From Calditrichia bacterium (lineage in GTDB: Bacteria; Calditrichota; Calditrichia; JAJRVZ01): DNA of 64,000 nucleotides. The stretch is from positions 512,001 through 576,000 of the forward strand of contig CAVZSQ010000022.1 in NCBI GenBank assembly GCA_963777955.1, given 5' to 3'. The notes below the pieces were generated by a model. That model did no database searches and was not told where the DNA came from. It worked only from the letters and a program-made list of their open reading frames with translations. Positions 52,149 to 62,364 of this stretch are shown here, in pieces. Every line of letters begins with the position of its first letter. The first letter of the stretch is position 1. A program made the position numbers and the translations under genes.

Positions 52149-52745
52149 ATGGCTGAGGTGAGTGCAGCGGCAGTAAAGGATCTTCGTGAAAAGACCGGTG
52201 CCGGTATGATGGACTGCAAAAAAGCCCTGCAGGAAGCAGGCGGCGACTATGAGAAAGCAGTGGAAATTCTCAGGAAAAAAGGGATTGCCAGTGCGGCAAA
52301 GCGCTCTGGCCGGGCAGTGAAAGAAGGACGGATTGAAGCCTATATTCATCCCGGGAGCAAATTAGGTGTGCTGTTGGAAGTAAATTGCGAAACCGATTTT
52401 GTGGCCAATACCGCTGATTTTAAGAATTTTACCAGGGATGTGGCAATGCAGATTGCTGCTTCAGCGCCGTTGTTTATCCGGCGCGAAGAAGTTACCCAGG
52501 AACTGATCGATAAAGAGATGGATATTTACCGGGAACAGGCCCGCCAGCAGGGAAAGCCGGAGAAGATACTTGAAAAAATAGCCGGTGGGAAACTGGATAA
52601 ATTTTATGCCGAGACTTGCCTGCTGGAACAGCCTTTTGTCAAAGATCCGGATAAAACCGTTCAGTCATTGCTGCAGGAAACAATCGCTAAACTGGGCGAG
52701 AATATTGATATCCGTCGTTTTTCCCGTTTTAAAGTCGGGGAATAA
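52149..52745 (+). CDS. tsf: Elongation factor Ts (short 198-aa form)
   Basis: Motifs LREKTGAGMMDCKKAL and EVNCETDFVA. Confidence 0.97.
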   Translation: MAEVSAAAVKDLREKTGAGMMDCKKALQEAGGDYEKAVEILRKKGIASAAKRSGRAVKEGRIEAYIHPGSKLGVLLEVNCETDFVANTADFKNFTRDVAMQIAASAPLFIRREEVTQELIDKEMDIYREQARQQGKPEKILEKIAGGKLDKFYAETCLLEQPFVKDPDKTVQSLLQETIAKLGENIDIRRFSRFKVGE

Positions 52746-52751
52746 TCTGCT

Positions 52752-53471
52752 ATGTCCGGAACTCCAGTATATAAACGTATTCTGCTGAAACTGAGCGGCG
52801 AATCGCTTACCGGTGAACGTGAGTTTGGAATCGACCCGGTCGTTTTGAAAAGTTTTGCCGATGAAGTAGAAACCGTTTATCGCGCCGGAGTACAGGTAGC
52901 TATTGTACTGGGCGGCGGCAATATTTTCCGGGGATTATCCGACGAAGCGAAAGAGATGGACCGGGTTCAGGCTGATAATATGGGTATGCTGGCTACGGTC
53001 ATAAACAGTCTGGCGCTGCAGGACGCCCTGGAAAAAAGAAAAATATTTACGCGGGTTATGACGGCCATCGAAATGCATAAAATCGCCGAGCCTTTCATCC
53101 GCCGCCGGGCTATCCGCCACCTGGAAAAAGGACGTATCGTTATTTTCGCCGGTGGAACCGGCAATCCGTATTTCACTACCGATACTGCTGCAGTATTACG
53201 AGCCATTGAAGTTGAAGCAGATGTGATTCTTAAAGGTACACGCGTGGATGGCGTGTATGACAGCGACCCTGAAAAAGTAAAGAATGCCCTTAAATTTGAT
53301 AAACTTTCTTATATGGAAGTGGTTCAGCGTGGTTTAAAGGTAATGGATACCACGGCCGTCACATTGTCCATGGATAATAAACTGCCGATTGTGGTTTTTA
53401 ATTTTAATAAGAAAGATAATCTGAAACGCCTGATATATGGTGAAGCAATAGGAACAAAAGTTCAGGAGTAA
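52752..53471 (+). CDS. pyrH: UMP kinase
   Basis: Motifs [15 protein letters not shown] and [10 protein letters not shown]. Confidence 0.98.
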   Translation: MSGTPVYKRILLKLSGESLTGEREFGIDPVVLKSFADEVETVYRAGVQVAIVLGGGNIFRGLSDEAKEMDRVQADNMGMLATVINSLALQDALEKRKIFTRVMTAIEMHKIAEPFIRRRAIRHLEKGRIVIFAGGTGNPYFTTDTAAVLRAIEVEADVILKGTRVDGVYDSDPEKVKNALKFDKLSYMEVVQRGLKVMDTTAVTLSMDNKLPIVVFNFNKKDNLKRLIYGEAIGTKVQE

Positions 53472-53474
53472 TCT

Positions 53475-54038
53475 ATGTTGGGGATCAAAGAATTTAAAAA
53501 AGATGCTGAACACCGCATGCAAAAAGCAGTCGATACAATTCATCAGGAGTTCATTAAGATCCGTACCGGTCGCGCCTCCACAGCACTGCTGGACACGGTT
53601 AAAGTAAATTATTATGGTAATATGGTACCAGTCTCCCAGACTGCGACCATTACTATCCCCGAGCCGCGTCTTATCGCCATCCAACCCTGGGACCGCAGCA
53701 TGATCGCGGAAATTGAAAAAGCTATATTAAAATCGGATTTGGGACTGACCCCTTCTAACGACGGAACATTCGTACGCATACCCATACCTAAATTAAGCGA
53801 GGAACGGCGCCGGGACCTGGTTAAACTGGTCAAAAAATTCGCTGAAGATGGCCGGGTGGCAGTGCGTAATGTAAGACGCGACGTAAATGAGCATCTTAAA
53901 AAACTGGAAAAAACTCATGATATATCGGAAGATGATCTGAATCTGGTTTTAACCGAAACACAGAAGATGACCGATAAACACATCAAAGACATTGATGAAC
54001 TGCTGGACAAAAAGGAAAAAGAAATACTCGAAGTATAA
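53475..54038 (+). CDS. frr: Ribosome recycling factor
   Basis: Motifs IRTGRAS, SDLGLTP, LSEERR and VRNVRRD. Confidence 0.98.
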   Translation: MLGIKEFKKDAEHRMQKAVDTIHQEFIKIRTGRASTALLDTVKVNYYGNMVPVSQTATITIPEPRLIAIQPWDRSMIAEIEKAILKSDLGLTPSNDGTFVRIPIPKLSEERRRDLVKLVKKFAEDGRVAVRNVRRDVNEHLKKLEKTHDISEDDLNLVLTETQKMTDKHIKDIDELLDKKEKEILEV

Positions 54039-54080
54039 TTTTAAAAAATTACAGAAAATATATAATAAGCAATATACTCT

Positions 54081-54104
54081 AATCCCGATTTATCGGGATT
54101 TTTT
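54081..54104 (+). terminator. Intrinsic terminator between convergent frr and GT2
   Basis: AATCCCGA-TTTA-TCGGGATT followed by a T-run. Confidence 0.7.
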
Positions 54105-55212
54105 ATTTATATTGCCTGTCCTTCCATACCACTCCGGCCGGCAGGAAAAATACCGCGGCAAAAAACAGGGTATAGAGTAAATAGAAAATTTCAAAAAGCA
54201 GAAAGTAACGAATCAGTTTGCTCAACCGAAATCGTTTTAATAGTCGCAGTAAAAAGATAAAATCGACGAACAGAGCCAGTGCTATGGCGATGGCGACGGA
54301 TAAATTCAGGAGTTTAAAAATTACGGCAACCACCATAACCAAATGGGCGAGCAGTGAGGTCGACATCAGCATATACCCCCACCAGGATGCAGTACCGCTG
54401 CTTTTGACCCAGCGTAAGCGCTGCCGGTAAAACTCTTTAACCGTTGCTAAAGGTTCACTGCTTACTGCCGTTGCCGCTTGCAGCGGATAGACTACTTTCC
54501 ACCCCTGCCGGTGGATAGCCTGCAACAGTTGCATGTCTTCGGCCAGCGAAAAACCCAGAGCGGCAAAACCTCCTGTATCCAGATAGGCCTGACGACGGAA
54601 ACCAAAATTGTTGCCCAGTACCGTCACAGGCAGAGACAGGGCAGCAGTACCGGCTGCTACTCCCTGTAAAAAAATCCAGTCCAGGTTTTGTACCCGCATA
54701 AAACAGGTATCTTTGTGGATCAGCGGCGACAGTAATGTCATGCTGCCGGCTAAACCCACATCGGCAGTGAAGTATTTAACAAATTCCGAAACCCAGCCCG
54801 GCGGTACCCTGCAATCTGCATCGGTGATCAGGATAATTTCACCGCGGGCCTGCTCAAGACCCTGAGCCAGTGCATTCATCTTGCCTTGCACCTGCAGGCC
54901 GGGTATAAGAGTATCGATGTTGATTACCCTGAGCTGCCCGTATTGTTTGGCATAGGATCGGGCAATCTGCAGTGTCGAGTCAACAGAGTGATCATTGAGA
55001 ATCAGTACTTCCAGCAACTGCGCGGGGTATTCCAGGCGGATAATATTTTCCAGGCACTGAGCAAGATGCTCTTCTTCATTGCGGGCAGAAATCAGGATTG
55101 ATACAGCAGGCTGCTGCCGGAGGGTTTTTGTTTTCCGGCTCAATCCATACTGCAACAGCAGGTTGATGAAAATATAAAGGATTAAGATTCCTGTGATAAC
55201 AAGTCCTGTCAT
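54103..55212 (-). CDS. Membrane GT2 glycosyltransferase (D,D,D,QxxRW type)
   Basis: Motifs ARNEE, NDHS, GKMNAL, TDADC, AEDM and QRLRW; N- and C-terminal TMs. Confidence 0.87.
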   Translation of the reverse strand: MTGLVITGILILYIFINLLLQYGLSRKTKTLRQQPAVSILISARNEEEHLAQCLENIIRLEYPAQLLEVLILNDHSVDSTLQIARSYAKQYGQLRVINIDTLIPGLQVQGKMNALAQGLEQARGEIILITDADCRVPPGWVSEFVKYFTADVGLAGSMTLLSPLIHKDTCFMRVQNLDWIFLQGVAAGTAALSLPVTVLGNNFGFRRQAYLDTGGFAALGFSLAEDMQLLQAIHRQGWKVVYPLQAATAVSSEPLATVKEFYRQRLRWVKSSGTASWWGYMLMSTSLLAHLVMVVAVIFKLLNLSVAIAIALALFVDFIFLLRLLKRFRLSKLIRYFLLFEIFYLLYTLFFAAVFFLPAGVVWKDRQYK

Positions 55213-55256
55213 TTCAGTGCCTGGTTAATTGTCCCGGGTCAATCGTCCCTTCTACT

Positions 55257-56390
55257 TTATCTTCCGCCCCAACTGAATTTTTGCAGCTGAGCCATCAAAC
55301 CAAAATATACAACATAGGGTACATGCAACAGTGAAGCCAGCGGAAGCAGTTTCAGGTGCCGCGTATCGCTGAGATAAACTGCAGCCCGCCGCAGGAAGAG
55401 ATACTCGGCAATCATTTTCACGATTATAATTCCCGCGAGTGCCGGAAGAATCCCGGGGAACCAGATCAGAGTAAATGGTGCGAGTAACAAAAATAAATTC
55501 ATGATGAAGAAACAGATGAGAGCTGCAGTGACGCGTGCCGGATAAAGAAATCCCTTGGAAGCATAACGCAATCGCTGCTGGTAGAATTGAGCAAATGTAC
55601 GCGGCGGTGCATTGAAGACATGAGCTTCAGGATTGCCGGCATATTTTATTTTCCAGTCTGTTTCTTCGCGTACGCGTTGTAAAAACAGGTCGTCATCGCC
55701 GGAAAGATAGGATTGATACCTGCCGAATCCCCCCAGTTTTTCAAAAACGCATTTGCGGTAAGCCAGATTGGTTCCCACACAGGTGAGGGGATAACCAAAG
55801 GCTGTGCTAACCGCAGCCACGGCAGCATGAGAGAGATATTCCAGAGCCAGTAAACGAAACAACAGAGTATTTAACAGCCTAGCCGTACTGTAGGGGGCAT
55901 ACCCGATCACCATCCCCACATTTTCCCGGAATAAGCCGGTCATACTTTTTACCCAGAAACGTCCCGGTCTGCCGTCCACGTCGGTTAAAAGAATGATTTC
56001 TCCGCGGGCCTGCATTACAGCAGTTGTAATAGCGAATTTTTTTGGAGCAAAATTTTCTTTTAATTGTTTTATGACGATCAGTTTTAGTTGTGGATTCAGC
56101 GGGAGATAGGTGTCAATTATCCTTGCGGTTCCATCACTGCAACGATCGGCGACCAGAATGATCTCCAGCAGCCCGGGCGGATATTCCTGAGCCAGCAGAC
56201 AATCTAGGCACTGGCGGATATCCTGTTCTGCATTGTGCGTGGCTACAATAATAGAAACCGGCGGATTTTGAACAGAAGCAGGGGCCTCGTCGAAGCGATG
56301 CAAAGTCCGGGCCGCATATAATAAAAAAATCATATAAACAGCTAAAAGGAAAGCGAGTGTTAGCGGAATAATGAGTAAAGATCCAGACAT
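55257..56390 (-). CDS. Membrane GT2 glycosyltransferase
   Basis: Motifs DRCSDGT, KKFAI, TDVD, GTNLAY, SGDDDL and QRLRY. Confidence 0.87.
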   Translation of the reverse strand: MSGSLLIIPLTLAFLLAVYMIFLLYAARTLHRFDEAPASVQNPPVSIIVATHNAEQDIRQCLDCLLAQEYPPGLLEIILVADRCSDGTARIIDTYLPLNPQLKLIVIKQLKENFAPKKFAITTAVMQARGEIILLTDVDGRPGRFWVKSMTGLFRENVGMVIGYAPYSTARLLNTLLFRLLALEYLSHAAVAAVSTAFGYPLTCVGTNLAYRKCVFEKLGGFGRYQSYLSGDDDLFLQRVREETDWKIKYAGNPEAHVFNAPPRTFAQFYQQRLRYASKGFLYPARVTAALICFFIMNLFLLLAPFTLIWFPGILPALAGIIIVKMIAEYLFLRRAAVYLSDTRHLKLLPLASLLHVPYVVYFGLMAQLQKFSWGGR

Positions 56391-56408
56391 TTCTGACTAT
56401 TCAATCTA

Positions 56409-57449
56409 TTATTTTTTTTGCCAGTACTTTTTCGGCAGGAAGTTACCTAAACCCTGGTTGCAATTACTGCAAATATCGATACTTTTGCGTTGCCTTATCA
56501 GTTTTTGGCGAAACAGGTTAAAGGGATCGTCTAACCATATCTGTTCAAATGATTTCTGCGGACTGAGGGCGCCCATGTTATATTTCCCGTTTTTATCGAA
56601 ACAGCAGGGTACTACCGATCCATCCCAGTTAATCAATGTGGAAAGCCAGGGCCTGTCGCAATACTTTTTGTCGGAATTCTTTACGATCAGGTTTTCACCA
56701 TCGAAATAATAGCGACGATATTTTTCTTCTGCCGGCAACCATTCCCGGGCCTGGGCAACCGAATGTACTTCGATATTCTTGATTAAAATGCGATCCGCCT
56801 GCAACTCTCCGGCTAACTTGCGCAAGGCGGGTATTTCCGCTTCATTGTGTTTCATTACCAGGAACTGTAACGCCACATTGGGCGTACGGCTTTTCCTTTT
56901 TTTCTTTTCAGCAATTAAAAGCCTGATCCCGGCAATGACCTGCTCGAGATTACCGCCGCGACGATAGCGGGCAAAGGAATCCTGAGTGGTCCCATCCAGC
57001 GAGATTATCATGCTGTCTAAACCACATTCAACGGTCTGGCGGACGTTTTCAGCGGAGAGGTAATGTCCGTTGGTGCTGGTGGTGACATAAATATTTCTTT
57101 GTTTGGCCAGCCGGACAAATTCAAAAAAATTCTGATTAAGGTACGGTTCACCCTGATGATAGATCAGCAGGAAGAAAATATGTTTCCCCAGATTATCCAT
57201 GATCGTGGTAAATGTTTCTAAACTCATCCGGCCGTTGGCTCGGGACATTTCGCCGGCGCCGGTGGTGCACAAAGGACAGCGCAGATTGCAGATATTAGTC
57301 GGCTCAATGGTCAGAATAGAAGGCCAGCCCCAGACTAGCGGTCTTTTAAATACGGCGGACAGAAAAAATGAAGATGAGGTTTTTGCCAGATTAATAATTC
57401 GACGGGCATTTAACGACCGGATAAGCCGGCCGAGTAACAGTTCGTTCAA
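56409..57449 (-). CDS. Radical SAM protein with SPASM/Twitch domain
   Basis: CNLRCPLC (CxxxCxxC), GEP, STNG and ISLDG; C-terminal C..PW...GSVVPCC...CSNC. Confidence 0.9.
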   Translation of the reverse strand: MNELLLGRLIRSLNARRIINLAKTSSSFFLSAVFKRPLVWGWPSILTIEPTNICNLRCPLCTTGAGEMSRANGRMSLETFTTIMDNLGKHIFFLLIYHQGEPYLNQNFFEFVRLAKQRNIYVTTSTNGHYLSAENVRQTVECGLDSMIISLDGTTQDSFARYRRGGNLEQVIAGIRLLIAEKKKRKSRTPNVALQFLVMKHNEAEIPALRKLAGELQADRILIKNIEVHSVAQAREWLPAEEKYRRYYFDGENLIVKNSDKKYCDRPWLSTLINWDGSVVPCCFDKNGKYNMGALSPQKSFEQIWLDDPFNLFRQKLIRQRKSIDICSNCNQGLGNFLPKKYWQKK

Positions 57450-57585
57450 GAGAGCTCCGGTTTATTTGCTGCAAACTAAAGTAAAAATAAGTGTTTCGTA
57501 TTTTTAATGCAAGACAGGAACTCTATCTAATGCTTGTAAGTATTTTTATTCGCGGTTATATTTGCTGATTCGTCGAGCTGAAATT

Positions 57586-59277
57586 ATGAAATACTTTATT
57601 ATTGTTATTATCTGCCTGCTTTTATTCTGCGGATACACCCTGGCCGGAAATCCAACCAGTGTGCCGCTCACGGATCCGATTTATGCTTTTCTGGACAGGA
57701 TGGAGACTGCCGGTGTCATCGCTAACATGCTGGACGGGGTAAAGCCGCTGGACCGCGAGCGAATCAGTAAATACCTGCGGCAGATAGATCTGCACCGAGA
57801 TCTGCTGACCGGGATTGACCGGAACCTGCTGGATAATTATCTGCTTGATTACCGCTATGAGCTCGACCGGCATAAAAAATATACAGCCATGAGACCGGAA
57901 AGAAACTGGTATACACCGCTTTCCTCCTGGCAGCAGTTTCGGCAGGATTTTAAAAGGTTTTTTAAAGGTCATTGGCCGGAAGAGCAGAATCATGTGGTCC
58001 TGTGGGAAGATTCAACCAACAGTTTTTCTTTTGATTTAAGCGAGGAAATGGGGTATGAATCAATAATGGATAGTGTCTCCCGGTTCCGGCAGGCGGAAAC
58101 CTATCAATTCCGGGGGACTATACTGGAAAATTTTGGATACTATGTTAATGTATACATGGCCAGAATTGGCGGAGATAATGCGTATATCAATGCAGATCCG
58201 GTTCTTAAGAATACCTTTCGAACTGATCGCGGCAATAAAGTATATTTTGATCGCAGCAGCGGAGAAATAGCCTATCGATCTCCTTTTATTGATTTTCGTC
58301 TGGCCCATCAGCCTATTGCCTGGGGATTAGGTGCTTCCGGACAATTGATTCTTTCAGATTTTGCTGAACAATATGCTTATCTCAGCCTGGCTAAGTATTG
58401 GAACTGGGGCGGATTTACTTTCATGCATGGTAAACTGGAAGCAGAAGATACCTTAAGCAGCATTCAAGGACAGGCTATTTATCCGGATAAATGGATCACA
58501 GCCAACCGTTTTGAATTTTCGCCGGTCAGCTGTATGGCTATCGGTCTGACCGATATTATAATTTACGGTAATCGTACCAGCGAATGGGTATACCTGATAC
58601 CTGTTCATTATTTCCGGGCGGTAGAACATGATTTGTATGATCTGGATAATGCTATGCTGGCCTTCGATTCCGAAATCAGAATATATCCGGGAGTAAAATT
58701 ATACGGAACATTTTTAATTGATGAATTTAAGAAAGATGAATTATTCAGCAATTGGTACGGTAATAAGCATGGTTTTCAGTTTGGGGTGCAGGTGAGTGAT
58801 CCATTTAGGGTGAATAATCTCGATATTAAATTCGAATATGTAGCCATTATGCCCTGGGTATATACACATATATATAACATTAATCGCTTCAGCTCACAGG
58901 GCCGCTCCCTTGGTCATTGGGCCGGTCCCAATTCAGAAGTAATTTATTTAAATCTAAACAAATGGTGGCATCAGCGCCTGGTCACAGGCGTGACCGGACA
59001 AGTATTAAAGCATGGTGCAAATTATGCGGATAAAAATATCGGTGGCAATCTCATGCTGGGACACAATACTCTGCTGGGATCGCAGAGCGAACCGGTTTTG
59101 ACCCGCGAATTTCTGGAAGGAATTCTGGAAACTGAAAAGAACATACAATTCTATGCTCAATATGAAGTATTGAATGATTTATATCTTAATGCGGCCCTGG
59201 GTTACAACTCTTATAATAGTTCTCATTCGACCTTCCGGTCAACCGAACTTCACTTTGGATTAAAATTTGACTATTAA
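57586..59277 (+). CDS. Outer-membrane beta-barrel, capsule-assembly Wzi-like
   Basis: Signal peptide; N-terminal Y.FLDRM..G helix; WG.G..GQLILS, LGHWAGPNS; aromatic C-terminus (LKFDY). Confidence 0.6.
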   Translation: MKYFIIVIICLLLFCGYTLAGNPTSVPLTDPIYAFLDRMETAGVIANMLDGVKPLDRERISKYLRQIDLHRDLLTGIDRNLLDNYLLDYRYELDRHKKYTAMRPERNWYTPLSSWQQFRQDFKRFFKGHWPEEQNHVVLWEDSTNSFSFDLSEEMGYESIMDSVSRFRQAETYQFRGTILENFGYYVNVYMARIGGDNAYINADPVLKNTFRTDRGNKVYFDRSSGEIAYRSPFIDFRLAHQPIAWGLGASGQLILSDFAEQYAYLSLAKYWNWGGFTFMHGKLEAEDTLSSIQGQAIYPDKWITANRFEFSPVSCMAIGLTDIIIYGNRTSEWVYLIPVHYFRAVEHDLYDLDNAMLAFDSEIRIYPGVKLYGTFLIDEFKKDELFSNWYGNKHGFQFGVQVSDPFRVNNLDIKFEYVAIMPWVYTHIYNINRFSSQGRSLGHWAGPNSEVIYLNLNKWWHQRLVTGVTGQVLKHGANYADKNIGGNLMLGHNTLLGSQSEPVLTREFLEGILETEKNIQFYAQYEVLNDLYLNAALGYNSYNSSHSTFRSTELHFGLKFDY

Positions 59278-60367
59278 TTTAATTATCTTTCTCACCCTCA
59301 GTTGTTTATACTATGTTCTGCTAATAGCGGTGTATTATGCCCTGGGCAGGTTGCAGCAATCAGGACGATCGGACCGTTTGCCTGCGCTGACAGTGATTAT
59401 CGCTGCCCGGAACGAACGGGAGCGCATTTTACCCTGTCTGCAACATCTGGAAAATATCGATTACCCGGCAGAGAAGTATGAGATCATCCTGATCGATGAT
59501 AATTCCCAGGATAGTACTGCGGACCTGATCAGCGGATACTGTGCAAAGCATTCCAACTGGAAACTGATCCGCTTGACCGAGAAAAAACCGCAGCTGACCG
59601 GTAAAAAGGATGCTCTGCTGCATGGCCTGGCCGTCGCCGGCGGTGAAATCATTTTTGTTACGGATGCCGATTGCCGGGTACCCCCTTTATGGCCGCAGCG
59701 AATGGTGCGCTTTTTTCTGCCGGAGGTTTCGATGGTGCTGGGCTATTCGCCGCTGCTGCCGGAAGCGGGCTTCTGGAATAAATTTCTGCGATTTGATAAT
59801 CTGTTTTCGGCTATCGTCATGGCGGCTCCGGCCAAACTGGGCTATCCGTTCAGCGGAGTAGGCCGCAATCTGGCTTATAGCCGGCGTGCCTATAATCAGG
59901 TGGGAGGATATCAGGCTTTAAAGAAATTCCGCAGCGGGGATGATATGCATCTCACCGAGCGATTTCGCTCACAGCACAGCGGGCAGATAGATTTTTGTGC
60001 CGACCCGGATACGTTTGTTTTCACCCAGGCTCCTTCCGCTTGGCGGGAAATATTTAATCAGCAGATCCGTAAAAACAGCAAAGTTCTGAAGGCGACCCCG
60101 GGAACGATTATATTTTTTATACTGCTTTTCTGTTATTATATCAGCATCCCCCTGCTGCCGGTCAGTGATCCGGGATCCCTCGTTGTATGGGGTGTACTAT
60201 TATTTTTCAAATTCCTGCTGGAATGGTTTTGCCTGATGCGGGCGGCAAAAATATTTAAACAGGAATCGTTGCAGTACTATTTTCCTCTGCTGCAATTACT
60301 ATATCCGTTTTTTATTATTTTTTTCAGTTGGCTGGGAATTTTTCAGAAATATAACTGGAAAAATTAG
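59267..60367 (+). CDS. Membrane GT2 glycosyltransferase
   Basis: Motifs AARNE, DDNS, GKKDAL, TDADC, GRNLAY and SGDDM. Confidence 0.87.
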   Translation: MTINLIIFLTLSCLYYVLLIAVYYALGRLQQSGRSDRLPALTVIIAARNERERILPCLQHLENIDYPAEKYEIILIDDNSQDSTADLISGYCAKHSNWKLIRLTEKKPQLTGKKDALLHGLAVAGGEIIFVTDADCRVPPLWPQRMVRFFLPEVSMVLGYSPLLPEAGFWNKFLRFDNLFSAIVMAAPAKLGYPFSGVGRNLAYSRRAYNQVGGYQALKKFRSGDDMHLTERFRSQHSGQIDFCADPDTFVFTQAPSAWREIFNQQIRKNSKVLKATPGTIIFFILLFCYYISIPLLPVSDPGSLVVWGVLLFFKFLLEWFCLMRAAKIFKQESLQYYFPLLQLLYPFFIIFFSWLGIFQKYNWKN

Positions 60368-60375
60368 ATTCCTAT

Positions 60376-61299
60376 ATGAAACAGAAAATAATTTATCTGA
60401 TCAAACTCATGGTTGGACTGCTGCTGGTGGTCTGGATTCTTGGCCAGATAGATCAAAAGCAGTTTATTGAATATTTCCGGCATATAGGTCTCAAAGAATT
60501 TGCCTATGTATCTATCTTAGGTCTGGCCAGCCTGGTCCTGCAGTATGAACGCTGGAAATATCTGGTAAAAAGTAATTCGACCACATATGAGCATCAGGAT
60601 CTTTTTCCTTCTTTCCTGGCCGGATTTACTCTGCGCCTGATGATCCCGGGGGGGCATGCGGAATGGAGTAAGGCATTCCTGATGTCCGGACGCAAACGCG
60701 GTAAAATAATTGCTGTGGGGATGGAGAAAATCCTGCCGGCTGTTTTTAAAATCATTCTGCTAGGCCTGGTCATACCGTTCTCGTTTCCCCGGTATAAAAT
60801 TGCAGGCATGGCCGTGGCGCTGATAACAATTCTGGCATATTTCCTGCTTCTCCGTTTGAAGTTGATGCAGAATCTACTGGAGAAGCAAATCAGTATCCAT
60901 CGGTTATTTCTTATAACTTCCTTACACTCCAGCGGTATATTCCTGCTCAGTGCTGCCCAGTATTTCGTTCTGTTGAACCAGGACTATAGTTTAAGTTTCC
61001 TGGACAGTATGCATGCTACCGTTTATCTCTGGGCAGCAGGTGTTTTTCCGTTCAGCCTTTCCGGGTTGGGTATCCGCGAAGGCCTGGCGGTGTATTTTTT
61101 TCGCCTGGCCGGGGTCTCATCCGCTGATGCGGTAGCTACCTCATTATTTTTGTTTACACTGAATAGCGTTATTCCGGCTTTTTTTGGTATCTATTATCTA
61201 TATCGAAACCGTCAAAATTTAAAAACCTTGCGTCAAACCTTTCAATCATCTAAAGATTTACTGATCAGCCTGCTTAAAAGTAACAAAGATCCCTCCTAG
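60376..61299 (+). CDS. Lysylphosphatidylglycerol-synthase TM / flippase-like membrane protein (UPF0104)
   Basis: Multi-TM protein with ERWKYL, IPGG and SGLGIREG. Confidence 0.75.
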   Translation: MKQKIIYLIKLMVGLLLVVWILGQIDQKQFIEYFRHIGLKEFAYVSILGLASLVLQYERWKYLVKSNSTTYEHQDLFPSFLAGFTLRLMIPGGHAEWSKAFLMSGRKRGKIIAVGMEKILPAVFKIILLGLVIPFSFPRYKIAGMAVALITILAYFLLLRLKLMQNLLEKQISIHRLFLITSLHSSGIFLLSAAQYFVLLNQDYSLSFLDSMHATVYLWAAGVFPFSLSGLGIREGLAVYFFRLAGVSSADAVATSLFLFTLNSVIPAFFGIYYLYRNRQNLKTLRQTFQSSKDLLISLLKSNKDPS

Positions 61300-61385
61300 A
61301 ACCAATAACCTGAAGATGTAAGCAGAAAATCAAGACGGAAAATACCTGGAAACAGCGGCAGATGGAGCAAAAACCAGGCAAAAAA

Positions 61386-61759
61386 TAACTAACAAGTTAT
61401 TAACAGGAATAACTAAGTGGTAAAAAGAGTCTCGAAAGCCTATTTGACGCCCTTTGCGGGTGATCTAAGACCGGCAAGCCAAGTAAATCAAGGCTTCGCC
61501 AATTTGAACTAAAACGGGAATTGTTCAATATCGGATTGATATAGATTTTCACAATCAGTATAACATATTGATATTATGGAAGTTAATGAAATATATTGAT
61601 GAAATTGCCGTAGTGGATTATTGTTGAAATATGTCTATTTTTTAGGAGTACAGGTGTGGTTTTTTCAGTCGCGAGTCTCATGTTAATAACTCAAACCATC
61701 AAACCTCGTCCACTCTGTATTTATTCAAGCAGGTAAAACTTATTAACAACTTACTCACA
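61386..61759. other. Cluster of DnaA-box-like 9-mers in a 500-bp non-coding gap between convergent genes
   Basis: TTATTAACA at 61397 and 61740, its reverse complement at 61681, TTACTCACA at 61751, TAACTAACA at 61386 and ATTTTCACA at 61545; AT-rich core at about 61540-61605. Confidence 0.45.
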
Positions 61760-61768
61760 GCAGTAATT

Positions 61769-61799
61769 CGCCTCCGAGGTGCTAGGCACCTCGGAGGCG
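61769..61799. repeat. Perfect 14-bp inverted repeat just past the sodN stop (terminator or REP-like)
   Basis: CGCCTCCGAGGTGC-TAG-GCACCTCGGAGGCG. Confidence 0.75.
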
Positions 61800-61803
61800 G
61801 TTA

Positions 61804-62298
61804 TTAATTTTTATGCTCTTGCAGGTGCTTTTTATCTTCGGGGCTGAAATAGATATCTTCGAACTGGGTGACCAGCGCTTTCAATTTTTCCACATTTGCT
61901 AAGTCCGATGTTTGCTTGCATTTCATCGCATATACTGTCAATTGATGCAACAGCGTTAATTTCTTTTGATATGAATTATATTCTTCTTTGTTACTTTCAT
62001 CGCTGATTTTTATCCTTTGAGCCAGAAAGTAGTAGGTGATGATTTGAGTAAATTCATCGGCATGTTCATCTTTATTATTTACCCAGCGGACCAGCTGGTT
62101 AATATTGGCTGCTGGTTCTTTGGACAACTCATTAATCTGGTTCATTGACTTTTCAATAGTGCTAATCTGTTCCCGTAGCAGGGTAAAGCGGGTTTGATCA
62201 TCATATATCCCGCAGGGAATCTGACAATGAGCATAAAGCATTGCAGTCAATCCCAAACTTAAAATCACTATCAAAATAAAAATGCGCAGTGAATGCAT
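61804..62298 (-). CDS. sodN: Nickel superoxide dismutase with a Sec signal peptide
   Basis: Ni-hook HCQIPCGIYD directly after a hydrophobic leader ending LYA; NQLVRWV..KDEHA and YFLAQRIK; RBS AAGGAG. Confidence 0.9.
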   Translation of the reverse strand: MHSLRIFILIVILSLGLTAMLYAHCQIPCGIYDDQTRFTLLREQISTIEKSMNQINELSKEPAANINQLVRWVNNKDEHADEFTQIITYYFLAQRIKISDESNKEEYNSYQKKLTLLHQLTVYAMKCKQTSDLANVEKLKALVTQFEDIYFSPEDKKHLQEHKN

Positions 62299-62364
62299 AT
62301 TTTTTCTCCTTCTGTAAAATGGTTTATGGTTATACAACGATTTTTAGGGGAAAATTATTCTGAC

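Noticed and set aside
52149..52745. Truncated EF-Ts as a pseudogene
   Set aside because: The ~200-aa form is a known natural variant; it has an intact C-terminus and normal spacing to pyrH.
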